Origin: Syntrophorhabdaceae bacterium
Lineage (GTDB): Bacteria; Desulfobacterota; Syntrophorhabdia; Syntrophorhabdales; Syntrophorhabdaceae
Length of the DNA: 64,000 nt
Assembly (NCBI GenBank): GCA_963665295.1
Contig: OY762209.1
Location: 3,456,001 to 3,520,000 of the forward strand
Direction: 5' to 3'
In this document: one piece after another, positions 29,297-38,643 of the stretch
How the letters are laid out: each line of letters starts with the position of its first letter
Numbering within the stretch: position 1 is the first letter of the stretch
Position numbers and translations under genes: made by a program
Notes under the pieces: generated by a model
Told to the model about the DNA's origin: nothing
Databases searched by the model: none
Seen by the model: the letters and a program-made list of their open reading frames with translations, nothing else

Positions 29297-29332
29297 GGAG
29301 AGGGTCTCTCGAAAGAGAGACCCTCTTTGTTT
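29297..29332 (+). terminator. Rho-independent terminator
   Basis: AGAGGGTCTCTC-GAAA-GAGAGACCCTCT followed by TTGTTT. Confidence 0.85.
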
Positions 29333-29355
29333 AGGCGAGTGGGAAATCACGTCCC

Positions 29356-29648
29356 AAGTGTCCCCCAGCACGCACCGCGTGCGAGAAGGGGAGGCTCTAC
29401 CGGCTTCTGCCGGTGGAGGGGGCGACGCAAGCCCCAATAACAGTGCAAGCATAAGTCGAAGTGTCCCCCCAGCACGCACCGCGTGCGAGAAGGGGAGGCT
29501 CTACCGGCTTCTGCCGGTGGAGGGGGCGACGCAAGCCCCAATAACAGTGCAAGCATAAGTCGAAGTGTCCCCCCAGCACGCACCGCGTGCGAGAAGGGGA
29601 GGCTCTACCGGCTTCTGCCGGTGGAGGGGGCGACGCAAGCCCCAATAA
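29356..29648. repeat. Tandem repeat: three copies of an 85-86 nt palindromic core with identical 18-nt linkers (period 103-104 bp)
   Basis: Cores at 29356-29440, 29459-29544 and 29563-29648; linker CAGTGCAAGCATAAGTCG occurs twice; cores differ only by one C in a C-run. Confidence 0.97.
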
Positions 29649-29786
29649 TTGGTTGAAAAGACCCAACCAGTTGTAAGATAATAGGTACTGCGCGCCGGTT
29701 AACCTTGAAACGAGGTATGTGCAGGAGAGCGGGAGTTACCTGCGGGGCAGTATCCGGAGGTTGGATGTGGGGGCAGAGGAGGGGAT

Positions 29787-31547
29787 ATGGCGTATGATGC
29801 GACGAAGATGGCGGACTGGGAGATCTCTGAAATTGCAGAAGGCAACATGAAATCCCTTTGGCAGCTTCAGGAGGAGCTTGGCCTGGAAAAAGACGAAGTC
29901 ATCCCCTACGGAAGGATAGGAAGGGTAAGTTTTCCCAGGATAATGGAAAGGTTTCGTGACCGGCCGGACGGGAAGTATATCGAGGTGACGGCCATTACAC
30001 CTACTCCGCTGGGGGAGGGTAAGACGACTACTTCGATAGGGCTTATCGAAGGTCTTGGTAAGAGAGGAAGGATTGCGGGAGGAGCTATCCGCCAGCCGTC
30101 GGGTGGACCGACCATGAATGTGAAGGGGAGCGCCGCAGGCGGGGGGAACGCACAGGCGATCCCGCTCACTGAGTTTTCACTCGGGCTTACAGGGGACATC
30201 AACAATATTATGAATGCCCATAACCTCGCTATGGTTGCCCTCACGTCGCGGATGCAGCACGAAAGAAACTATAATGATGACGAGCTTTCGCGCAGAAGGC
30301 TGCGCCGGCTCAATATCGATCCCAGCAACGTTCCCATGGGGTGGGTGGTCGATTTTTGCGCACAGGCCCTGAGAAGCATCGTGATAGGTCTTGGCGGGCG
30401 CATGAACGGGTTTACCATGCAGTCCCATTTCGATATAGCGGTCAGTTCGGAGGTAATGGCGATCCTTTCTATCGCGAGAGACCTGAAGGACCTGAGAGAA
30501 AAGATCGGCAAAATCACCGTTGCCTACGACACAAAGGGAAACGCCATCACCGCGGAGGATCTGGAGGTTGCCGGTGCGATGACGGCTTTCATGAGGGAAA
30601 GCATCAACCCCACCCTCCTTCAGACGATAGAGGGTCAGCCGTTGCTGGTTCATGCAGGTCCTTTCGCGAATATTGCCATCGGGCAGTCATCGATCATCGC
30701 AGACCGGGTTGGTCTCAAACTCTTCGACTATCATGTGACGGAGAGCGGATTCGCTGCTGATATCGGTTTTGAGAAGTTCTGGAACGTGAAATGCCGGATC
30801 AGTGGCCTCAAGCCGAATGTATCGGTCATTACCGCCACCATCCGCGCCTTGAAGATGCACGGAGGCGGGCCGAGAGTGACACCGGGGTTCCCTCTTTCCT
30901 CTGAGTACAGGGAAGAGAACCTCCCGCTTCTTGAAAAGGGCATTTCGAACCTTGTCCATCATATCCGCACCGTGAAATTGTCCGGGGCGCACCCGGTGGT
31001 CTGCGTCAACAGTTTCTCCACGGACACAAGAGACGAGGTTGCTCTGGTCAGGCGGTACGCCGAGGCGGAGGGGGCGCGGGTTGCAGTTTCGGAACATTGG
31101 CTGAGAGGAGGAGAAGGGGGATTGGAGCTTGCCGACGCGGTTATCGATGCGTGTGAGGAGGAATCCGACTTCCGCTTCCTGTACCCCCTGGAGATGCCCT
31201 TGAAGGAGAGGGTGGAACTGATCGCGAAAACCATTTATGGCGCCGATGGCGTCTTGTGGATTCCCGAAGCGGAGGAAAAGGTCGAGAGGTTGCAGGCGGA
31301 TCCGGAAAAGAGAGATTACTTTACCATGATGGTGAAAACCCATCTGAGTCTGACCCACGACCCGGAATTGAAAGGCGTGCCGAAGGGATGGAGGTTGCCT
31401 GTGAGGGACATCCTTGTATTCACGGGGGCGAAATTTCTGTGCCCTGTTACGGGTGCTATCAGCCTGATGCCCGGCACTGGCTCGGACCCCGCATTTAGGA
31501 GAATAGATGTGGATACGGAGACGGGTGGAGTTACGGGACTGTTTTAG
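29787..31547 (+). CDS. fhs: Formate--tetrahydrofolate ligase
   Basis: [51 protein letters not shown]. Confidence 0.97.
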   Translation: MAYDATKMADWEISEIAEGNMKSLWQLQEELGLEKDEVIPYGRIGRVSFPRIMERFRDRPDGKYIEVTAITPTPLGEGKTTTSIGLIEGLGKRGRIAGGAIRQPSGGPTMNVKGSAAGGGNAQAIPLTEFSLGLTGDINNIMNAHNLAMVALTSRMQHERNYNDDELSRRRLRRLNIDPSNVPMGWVVDFCAQALRSIVIGLGGRMNGFTMQSHFDIAVSSEVMAILSIARDLKDLREKIGKITVAYDTKGNAITAEDLEVAGAMTAFMRESINPTLLQTIEGQPLLVHAGPFANIAIGQSSIIADRVGLKLFDYHVTESGFAADIGFEKFWNVKCRISGLKPNVSVITATIRALKMHGGGPRVTPGFPLSSEYREENLPLLEKGISNLVHHIRTVKLSGAHPVVCVNSFSTDTRDEVALVRRYAEAEGARVAVSEHWLRGGEGGLELADAVIDACEEESDFRFLYPLEMPLKERVELIAKTIYGADGVLWIPEAEEKVERLQADPEKRDYFTMMVKTHLSLTHDPELKGVPKGWRLPVRDILVFTGAKFLCPVTGAISLMPGTGSDPAFRRIDVDTETGGVTGLF

Positions 31548-31650
31548 CCTCCGGGGTTGGTTAAGCTGCAAACCCGCGTGGTTTTTCGGTATGTTCATTT
31601 GTATGATTAACCCGGATATGTCCCGAAAGGGCAAAAGAAAGGAGCGATGA

Positions 31651-32526
31651 ATGGCAGCCAGGATAATAAGCGGTACAGAGATAGCAGCGGAGATAAGGGA
31701 AGAGATCAGAGACGAGGTGGCGCGGGTCAAAAAGGAACGTGGTATCGTGCCGGGACTGGTGACGATCCTTGTGGGCAGCAATCCTGCATCTTTAAGCTAT
31801 GTGGCGGGAAAGCAGAGGACTGCGAAAGATCTGGGTTTCTATTCCGTGCAGGAAGATATACCAGGCGATGCGGGCGAGAAGAGCCTTCTCGGATTGATCG
31901 CCAAATACAACGCGGACCCCGCAATCCACGGCATACTCGTTCAGTTGCCCGTACCCGCGCATATCAACGAGACGAAGGTGCTCTATGCGATAGATCCCGA
32001 CAAGGACGTGGATGGGTTTCACCCTGTCAATGTGGGGAAGGTAATGATAGGGGAGGCGAAATTCTATCCATGTACTCCATACGGGATACAACAAATGCTG
32101 ATCCGGTCCGGGGTAATGGTCGACGGCGCTGAGGTTGTGGTCGTGGGCCGAAGCAACCTTGTGGGCAAGCCCATAGCAATGATGCTCGTTCAGAAAGGTA
32201 AAGGCGCAAATGCAACGGTTACCGTGTGCCACACCGGCACGAGGGACCTTGCGTCCCACACGAGAAGGGCGGATATCCTGATCGTGGCAGCAGGGAAGCC
32301 GAAGGCAATAACTGCTGATATGGTAAAGGAGGGCGCGGTGGTGATCGACGTGGGAGTAAACCGTGTCGGGATGACGCCCGAAGGGAAAGCGAAGCTTTGC
32401 GGGGACGTCGATTTTGAGGCCGTGAGGGAAAAAGCATCGGCAATCACCCCAGTTCCTGGTGGTGTCGGCCCCATGACCATTACCATGCTGATGTTGAACA
32501 CCCTAAAAGCGGCGCAATCCGCATAG
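31651..32526 (+). CDS. folD: Methylenetetrahydrofolate dehydrogenase/cyclohydrolase
   Basis: HGILVQLP, KDVDGFHP, PCTP, GRSNLVGKP, TPVPGGVGPMT. Confidence 0.97.
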   Translation: MAARIISGTEIAAEIREEIRDEVARVKKERGIVPGLVTILVGSNPASLSYVAGKQRTAKDLGFYSVQEDIPGDAGEKSLLGLIAKYNADPAIHGILVQLPVPAHINETKVLYAIDPDKDVDGFHPVNVGKVMIGEAKFYPCTPYGIQQMLIRSGVMVDGAEVVVVGRSNLVGKPIAMMLVQKGKGANATVTVCHTGTRDLASHTRRADILIVAAGKPKAITADMVKEGAVVIDVGVNRVGMTPEGKAKLCGDVDFEAVREKASAITPVPGGVGPMTITMLMLNTLKAAQSA

Positions 32527-32683
32527 GGCTCCATGCTGCCGGGGGTCGCCAAACGAACAAGATAGCGCAGCCCGTTCCACGGAAACCCTGGGTGGCGGAC
32601 CTTGGGTCCGACGGTTCCCGCCGTCCTGTTTTGTTGTTTTTTCCCCGGTTCCGAACCTGTGATCAGATGTTCATTTTTTGATA

Positions 32684-32712
32684 TTGACAGGGGCTTTGCC
32701 ACGTTGTATCCT
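32684..32712 (+). promoter_or_regulatory. Putative sigma70 promoter of the TAXI operon
   Basis: TTGACA-17 nt-TATCCT. Confidence 0.6.
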
Positions 32713-32927
32713 CTGCGTAGGCTGCTCTGTAGCAGTGCCCATAGCGTCCGGTTGCAAAAGGTTACCGAAAGGGAAACCTGCGTAATTCAACAAAGTTGGT
32801 CCGGGTCTTCCGGAAAGCCGCTGTCCTTTTTTTCATACGTATGGGTATGCCCCGACGGAGACGGGCGCGGCGTCTGAGGTAAGGGCAAAAAGGGCGGCAC
32901 ATAATGTCGGGTACGGGAGGATAATCT

Positions 32928-33884
32928 ATGAAGCGTTTTGTTGTCCTGGTAGTGGCGGTCTGTCTTGTCATTGGTTTTTCGTCTGCATGGGCCCAGAAGA
33001 AAGTCCGGTTATCTATCGCAACCGGAGGCACGGGAGGCGTCTACTATCCCTATGGAGGCGCCATAGCGAACGTCATTTCCAAGTACGTTCCCGGTGTGGA
33101 GGCAACGGCCGAGGTGACTGCCGCCGCGGTTGACAACCTGAAGCTCGTGGGGAGCGGAGACGCGGACCTTGGTTATGCTTACCCCGACCTTGCCTACGAT
33201 GCGATGCAGGCAAAGGGGCTGTTCAAAAGCAAGCTTCCTGTAAGGATGGTGGCTCAGCTGTACGTAAGCTATTTTCATCTTGTTACTCTGTCGAACAGCA
33301 ACATCAAAACCGTTGCCGACCTTAAGGGGAAGAGAGTCTCCACGGGGGCCCCGGGTAGTGGGACCGAGGTGGTGGCTTTTCGAGTCCTTGAAGCTTACGG
33401 CATAAATCCTGACAAGGATGTGAAACGGGACCGCCTGAGCGTAGTGGAATCGGCCAATGCCCTTAAGGATGGGAAGATAGACGCCTTTTTCTGGGTAGGA
33501 GGCCTCCCCACTGCGGCAATCCTCGATCTCGCCGCTACTCCCAATACATCGATGAAACTGGTGCCTACCGATGGCGCTCTTCCCAAGATATTTCAGAAAT
33601 ATGGCCAGATTTATGTGAAGGCCAATATTCCAAAAACGACTTATCCCAAGATGACCGGTGATATCGGTGTGGTAGGTATTCCTAACGTCTTGGTCTGTAA
33701 CGCGAACGCAGACACGGATCTGATATATAAAGTTGTAAAAGCCTTGTTTGATCATAAGGCGGATCTCGTAGCCGTTCATTCACAGGCCAAGGAATTGACG
33801 GTCCAGGGAGCGGTTATCAAGACGGTAGTCCCTTATCACCCCGGCGCCATAAAGTTTTTTAAGGAGAAGGGCATCAAAATGTAA
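32928..33884 (+). CDS. TAXI family TRAP transporter solute-binding protein
   Basis: Signal peptide, IATGGTGGVYYPYG, DLKGKRVSTGAPGSGT, PYHPGAIKFFKE. Confidence 0.93.
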   Translation: MKRFVVLVVAVCLVIGFSSAWAQKKVRLSIATGGTGGVYYPYGGAIANVISKYVPGVEATAEVTAAAVDNLKLVGSGDADLGYAYPDLAYDAMQAKGLFKSKLPVRMVAQLYVSYFHLVTLSNSNIKTVADLKGKRVSTGAPGSGTEVVAFRVLEAYGINPDKDVKRDRLSVVESANALKDGKIDAFFWVGGLPTAAILDLAATPNTSMKLVPTDGALPKIFQKYGQIYVKANIPKTTYPKMTGDIGVVGIPNVLVCNANADTDLIYKVVKALFDHKADLVAVHSQAKELTVQGAVIKTVVPYHPGAIKFFKEKGIKM

Positions 33885-33896
33885 GGACCGGTATCT

Positions 33897-34364
33897 ATGG
33901 GGAACGTCCGTACGGGTATACTCTTTGCGGCGCTCATCTGGGCACAGGCATCCTATGTGGCAGGTTCGCCGGCGTTACAGTTGGTTGTCCTGAGCGACGA
34001 ACCCCGAAAGGTCCTGGCCTGTATGCCTCTTGAAGCGGGCGCCCCCTTTGACCTTGAGTTTATCAACTCCATATACCTGGCGCCCGTAAAGGAAACGCTG
34101 GTCTATACGGAGGGCAAGGGCATTGCCATAGTGAAGGTCGAAAGCCCCTCTGCCGGCGTGTTCGAGTATTACGGACTGGAGTCCGATCATACGGGCGTGG
34201 TCCGGCTGCACCGCAGTGTAGGAGAAATAAGGATCAGAAGTCACAGCTACGAAAACCATCGCCTGACCTCCGGAGGGAGGACCCTCCTTTTTAAGGAGAT
34301 CGCCGACGGTGGCCGCCTGTTGGTCGTTGAGGTTTGGGCGCATGACAGGAGTTGTGGGCCATGA
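33897..34364 (+). CDS. DUF1850-like protein (TAXI-associated)
   Basis: FDLEFINSIYLAPVKE motif; typical position between TAXI receptor and fused permease. Confidence 0.65.
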   Translation: MGNVRTGILFAALIWAQASYVAGSPALQLVVLSDEPRKVLACMPLEAGAPFDLEFINSIYLAPVKETLVYTEGKGIAIVKVESPSAGVFEYYGLESDHTGVVRLHRSVGEIRIRSHSYENHRLTSGGRTLLFKEIADGGRLLVVEVWAHDRSCGP

Positions 34365-34387
34365 GGATCGATTAACAGGAGGCATTT

Positions 34388-36349
34388 GTGACGGATTTGA
34401 AAGAACCCACGGAACATGTATCGGAAGAGCGCCTCAAGGAGGCTCAGAAGTTCATAGAGGAAGAGGAAGGAGTCACAAGACGGCTTGCGGGCTGGAAGCA
34501 AGAGGCAGTTACCTATTTTGCGGTAGTGATGAGCCTCTTCCATCTCTATGCAGCGGTGGCAACAATCACTACACAGGTGCTCAGGGGCATTCACGTCGCC
34601 ATGGTACTTTTTCTGAGCTATCTTGTCTTTCCTCCTAGTAAAAAGCGCCTTCGCTCCATTGCGTGGTATGACGTCTGCCTTGCCTTGATCGGCGTGGCGA
34701 CCATAGTCTACATGCTGGTGGACTTTGAGGATTTCATATACAGGGCCGTAACGCCCAACCTTCTGGATCTTATTTTCGGTTCAATTCTCATCGTTCTTAT
34801 TCTTGAAGCTACGCGACGGGGCACCGGATGGATCATGCCTTTCGTGGTGATCCTGTTCCTCATCTACGCATATGTGGGCCCCTGGCTTCCCGCTCCCTGG
34901 ACCCACCGGGGTTACAGCATAAAACGCATAGTCGGTCACATGTATATGACCCTGGAGGGTATCTTCGGAGTGCCCATTGACGTGTCATCCACGTTCATCA
35001 TTCTTTTTACCATCTACGGTGCTATTCTGGAACACACGGGGGCGGGCAAGTTTTTCATAGATTTCTCATTCAGGCTTATGGGAGGAAAGCCCTCGTCCGC
35101 GGGCAGGACAGTGACGCTCGCATCCTTTTTGCTCGGCGGGCCTTCGGGGAGTGGTGTGGCAACCACCGTTACCCTGGGCTCGGTTGCGTACCCCATGCTG
35201 AAACGGGCCGGGTACGACAAGGACTCTGCGGGAGGACTTCTCTCAGCCGGCGGCATAGGAGCCATTATTTCTCCTCCGGTCCTCGGGGCGGCCGCCTTTC
35301 TCATCGCCGAAATACTGAAGGTTTCATACCTGCAGGTGATTAAAATGGCGATGGTGCCGACTATCCTCTATTACTGGTCTATCTTCCTGATGGTGGAATT
35401 CGACGCCAAACGCTTTGGGGCCAAAATGATTGACGCGGGATCGGGAGAATCAGTCTGGGTCCTCACACGCCGCTACTGGTATCACTTCTCATCCCTTATT
35501 GCTATTGTTGTGTTGATGGTAATAGGATTCAGTCCCATATGGGCCGTATTCTGGGCAAGCGTACTTGCTTTTTTTGCCAGCTACCTGCGCCGGGACACCG
35601 CTCTGGGTTACAAGAAGGCCATTGCGACTCTGAGCGGAGGGTCGTTGGGGGTCCTTTCCGTGGCCTGTACCTGCGCAAGTGCGGGTATCATTGTGGGAGT
35701 CGTCACCCTCACCGGGCTTGGCCTCAAATTCTCGAGTATCATAATCGGCTATGCCGGAGGAAATCTCTTCTTGACTGCCGTCTTTACGGGCCTTCTCATG
35801 TGGGTTATAGGGCTCGCCGTTCCGGTAACGGCCACGTACATAATCGGGGCGGTTATCGCGGCCCCGGCATTGGTCCAGCTCAAGGTGCCCGAATTTGCCG
35901 CGCATATGTTTATCTTTTACTATGCGGTGTTATCGGAAGTATCGCCTCCCACCGCCCTCTCTCCTTTTGCGGCCGCCGCCCTTACGGGTGGAAGTCCCTT
36001 CAAGACGATGATGATGGCCTGGAAGTATACTATTCCTGCATTTATCGTCCCTTTCATGTTTGTTCTTACCCCTGACGGGATAGGTTTGCTCCTCGAGGGG
36101 CCTGTGCCTTCCATAGTCTGGACATTCGTGACCGCTATGATCGGCGTTGGAGGAATCGCAGGAGGCGCAAGTTCCTGGCTCCTCAGACGGACGGCGCTGT
36201 GGGAAAGAATTGCACTTATCGTGGGAGGACTCCTCATGGTTTATTCGTCGGTGATTCTCGACGTAATCGGCATGGGCTTGATCGGATTCGTGGTGCTCTG
36301 GCAGAAGGTTACATTGAAGAGGGAAGCGGCTGCTCTGACCAGGGGATGA
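34388..36349 (+). CDS. TRAP transporter fused 4TM/12TM permease
   Basis: Polytopic; EGIFGVP, SGSGVA, PPVLGAAAFL, HMFIFYYAVLSEVSPP. Confidence 0.93.
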   Translation: MTDLKEPTEHVSEERLKEAQKFIEEEEGVTRRLAGWKQEAVTYFAVVMSLFHLYAAVATITTQVLRGIHVAMVLFLSYLVFPPSKKRLRSIAWYDVCLALIGVATIVYMLVDFEDFIYRAVTPNLLDLIFGSILIVLILEATRRGTGWIMPFVVILFLIYAYVGPWLPAPWTHRGYSIKRIVGHMYMTLEGIFGVPIDVSSTFIILFTIYGAILEHTGAGKFFIDFSFRLMGGKPSSAGRTVTLASFLLGGPSGSGVATTVTLGSVAYPMLKRAGYDKDSAGGLLSAGGIGAIISPPVLGAAAFLIAEILKVSYLQVIKMAMVPTILYYWSIFLMVEFDAKRFGAKMIDAGSGESVWVLTRRYWYHFSSLIAIVVLMVIGFSPIWAVFWASVLAFFASYLRRDTALGYKKAIATLSGGSLGVLSVACTCASAGIIVGVVTLTGLGLKFSSIIIGYAGGNLFLTAVFTGLLMWVIGLAVPVTATYIIGAVIAAPALVQLKVPEFAAHMFIFYYAVLSEVSPPTALSPFAAAALTGGSPFKTMMMAWKYTIPAFIVPFMFVLTPDGIGLLLEGPVPSIVWTFVTAMIGVGGIAGGASSWLLRRTALWERIALIVGGLLMVYSSVILDVIGMGLIGFVVLWQKVTLKREAAALTRG

Positions 36350-36376
36350 TCGGGGGGAGCGCCCCATTCCTCCGCT

Positions 36377-37690
36377 TTATTTTCTCTTGCCTTGTACCCA
36401 CACATAGACCCCCGTGTCGGGCGGATCGAGCCTGTAGTATCTGATGATGACGTCGATCTTTCGGGGGCTCAAGGTCTGTCCGCGAGGCAACAGCAGGACG
36501 CCTGTACCGCTCCTCACGTCTCTGGAGACGATCATACCTGAAAGAAGTTCATCCGGATGGATCTCCGATTCGACCGCACCGTCGAGGGGCTGCACAAGGT
36601 TTGTTTTTTCCCGGGCAATTTCCGCCAGAATCTGATATAGGGCGGGATCAAACTGCGTACCGGACAAGAGGCTCATCCTCTCCAAAGCTGCCTTTACAGG
36701 GTGGGTAACGAGTAATCTGTCGTATTTGTCCGCAACGGCAATAATACGGGAACCCAGGGGTATCTCCTCTCCTCTCAGTCCTTCGGGAAATCCCTGTCCG
36801 TCGCAGGATTCATGGTGATACCGGATAAGAATGCCCGCTTCATGCAATAGCTCGTTGGAGTCCAGGACGGCCTGGCCGCGTATGGAATGAGTCTGGTACT
36901 CGCGGACTTCGAAAGGCGCCATGGATTCGACGTCTTTGAGAAGTACCTTGTCGGAGATACCTATTTTCCCTATGTCATGAAGTTGTGCCGCGATCGCTAT
37001 GTCCTGAGTCAGGTTGCCGTCCAGCTTCATTTTTTGCGCGATCTTGCGGGAGATTATAGCCACGTTGTTGGAGTGGTTTGCGACGGTCCTGTCTCTCAGT
37101 TCGATAAGATTTGAAATGGTGATGATAAAACCCTTGAAGTCATTCTCCAACCTTTTGTTTAGTTCGTGAAGCTCCACGTTTTTCCGTGTGAGATCTATGC
37201 TTTGTTGCTGCACATCGATTTCGAGTTCCGAGGTCCATTTTCGGAGTTCTTCATTCTGTTTTCCCGTCAATTCGTTGAGGTACTTGTTTTCTCTCACCAG
37301 CCTGAATCTTTCCGCCGCGGCCCGGACTGAGAGTATGAGGTCGTCATTGCGCCATGGTTTGGCGATGTACTGGTATACACCCCCTCTGTTGATGGCGTCT
37401 ACTGCGGCGTTGACGTCGGCGTACCCGGTCAGTACCAGCCTCACCGCATCGGGAGCCAGCCTTCTCACATGCTCGAGGAACTCGGTGCCTCTCATTCCGG
37501 GCATCCGTTGATCTGACATGACGACGGCGATGTCGTTTTCGCTGATGATCTCAAGCCCCTCTCTTCCGGAATCAGCCGTAAGGACCTCGAAGTCTTCATC
37601 CATCAATAGCCTTCTAAGGGAGCGCAGGACATTCTCCTCATCGTCGACAAAAAGGACCTTGAGCCTCTTCGGAGGCGGTAGGGTATCCAT
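36377..37690 (-). CDS. Response regulator with HD-GYP domain (GFP variant)
   Basis: REC (LFVDDE, SDQRMP, AKPW), HDIGK, HHESCDGQGFP. Confidence 0.9.
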   Translation of the reverse strand: MDTLPPPKRLKVLFVDDEENVLRSLRRLLMDEDFEVLTADSGREGLEIISENDIAVVMSDQRMPGMRGTEFLEHVRRLAPDAVRLVLTGYADVNAAVDAINRGGVYQYIAKPWRNDDLILSVRAAAERFRLVRENKYLNELTGKQNEELRKWTSELEIDVQQQSIDLTRKNVELHELNKRLENDFKGFIITISNLIELRDRTVANHSNNVAIISRKIAQKMKLDGNLTQDIAIAAQLHDIGKIGISDKVLLKDVESMAPFEVREYQTHSIRGQAVLDSNELLHEAGILIRYHHESCDGQGFPEGLRGEEIPLGSRIIAVADKYDRLLVTHPVKAALERMSLLSGTQFDPALYQILAEIAREKTNLVQPLDGAVESEIHPDELLSGMIVSRDVRSGTGVLLLPRGQTLSPRKIDVIIRYYRLDPPDTGVYVWVQGKRK

Positions 37691-37691
37691 A

Positions 37692-38642
37692 TTAGTCCTC
37701 CTCCAGAAGTCTGATGAAAATATCGACGATATGAGGGTCGGAGTGTGTCGCTTTGTTGGCCCTCAGGATCTCTATTGCCTCCTCCTTGGGAAGTTGATCC
37801 CGGTAAGGTCTTTCGGAAGTCAGGGAATCGTAGATATCCGCCACATTGACGATGCGTGCCTCCAGGGGGATGTCTTCTCCCTTGAGGCCGAGAGGGTAAC
37901 CCGTCCCGTCATACCGTTCGTGATGATACAGGACGATATTCACTACAGCTTGAGGAAGGTGAGCCGATCGTGCCACGTCGGCGCCCCAACATGGATGTTT
38001 CTTCAACACCACCATCTGTTCGGGAGTGAGGGGCCCCTTGAAATTGAGTAGGGCTTCCGGAACGCCTATCTTTCCACAGTCATGCAGCCAGCCACCGCGC
38101 CTGATGTCCTTCTTTAATTCCTCGTCAAGCCCCAGGGCTTCCGCCACGGTGGTGGCATATTTGGCTACCCGGTCGCAATGGCCTTTTGTGTAGGGGTCCT
38201 TGAGTTCTATTGTCTGAGCCAGGGAGTACAGGGTATATTCGTCGGCTTTTCTCAGGGACTGCACCACGTTGTGCCTGCCGACCGCGTCGAAAATAATGCT
38301 CCTGAACTCATCTATTTCCCATGGCTTGGTTATGAATTTGTACACCTCCCCTTTATTGATCGCGTCGATTGCCGCCTGCGTGTCCGCATAGCCGGTAAGC
38401 ATCACACGCACGCTATCAGGTGAAAGGGCCTTTGCCTTCTGAAGAAATTCGATTCCCGACATGCCGGGCATGCGATGGTCGGAGACGATCACGGCGATAT
38501 CGTTGCTTTTGATCAACTCAATCGCTTCGGCGCCGCTGGTGCTCGTGAGTATCCTGACATTATCGTCAATGAAAAGCCTTCTTAACGAATTCAATATGCC
38601 CTGTTCGTCGTCTACAAAGAGCAGTGTTCCGATTTCTCCCAT
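37692..38642 (-). CDS. Response regulator with canonical HD-GYP phosphodiesterase domain
   Basis: REC, KDPYTKGH, HDCGK, HHERYDGTGYP, RPYR. Confidence 0.92.
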   Translation of the reverse strand: MGEIGTLLFVDDEQGILNSLRRLFIDDNVRILTSTSGAEAIELIKSNDIAVIVSDHRMPGMSGIEFLQKAKALSPDSVRVMLTGYADTQAAIDAINKGEVYKFITKPWEIDEFRSIIFDAVGRHNVVQSLRKADEYTLYSLAQTIELKDPYTKGHCDRVAKYATTVAEALGLDEELKKDIRRGGWLHDCGKIGVPEALLNFKGPLTPEQMVVLKKHPCWGADVARSAHLPQAVVNIVLYHHERYDGTGYPLGLKGEDIPLEARIVNVADIYDSLTSERPYRDQLPKEEAIEILRANKATHSDPHIVDIFIRLLEED

Positions 38643-38643
38643 G

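Noticed and set aside
29356..29648. CRISPR array
   Set aside because: The repeat is 85-86 nt, the two 18-nt linkers are identical, and there are no cas genes in the window.
29356..29648. Hammerhead ribozyme or retrozyme
   Set aside because: No CTGATGA...GAAA core on either strand by eye; other ribozyme classes were not excluded.
29228..29666. Short ORFs over the repeat (LLLGLASPPPPAEAGRAS...)
   Set aside because: They are translations of the GC-rich palindromic repeat, shift frame between copies and lack an RBS.
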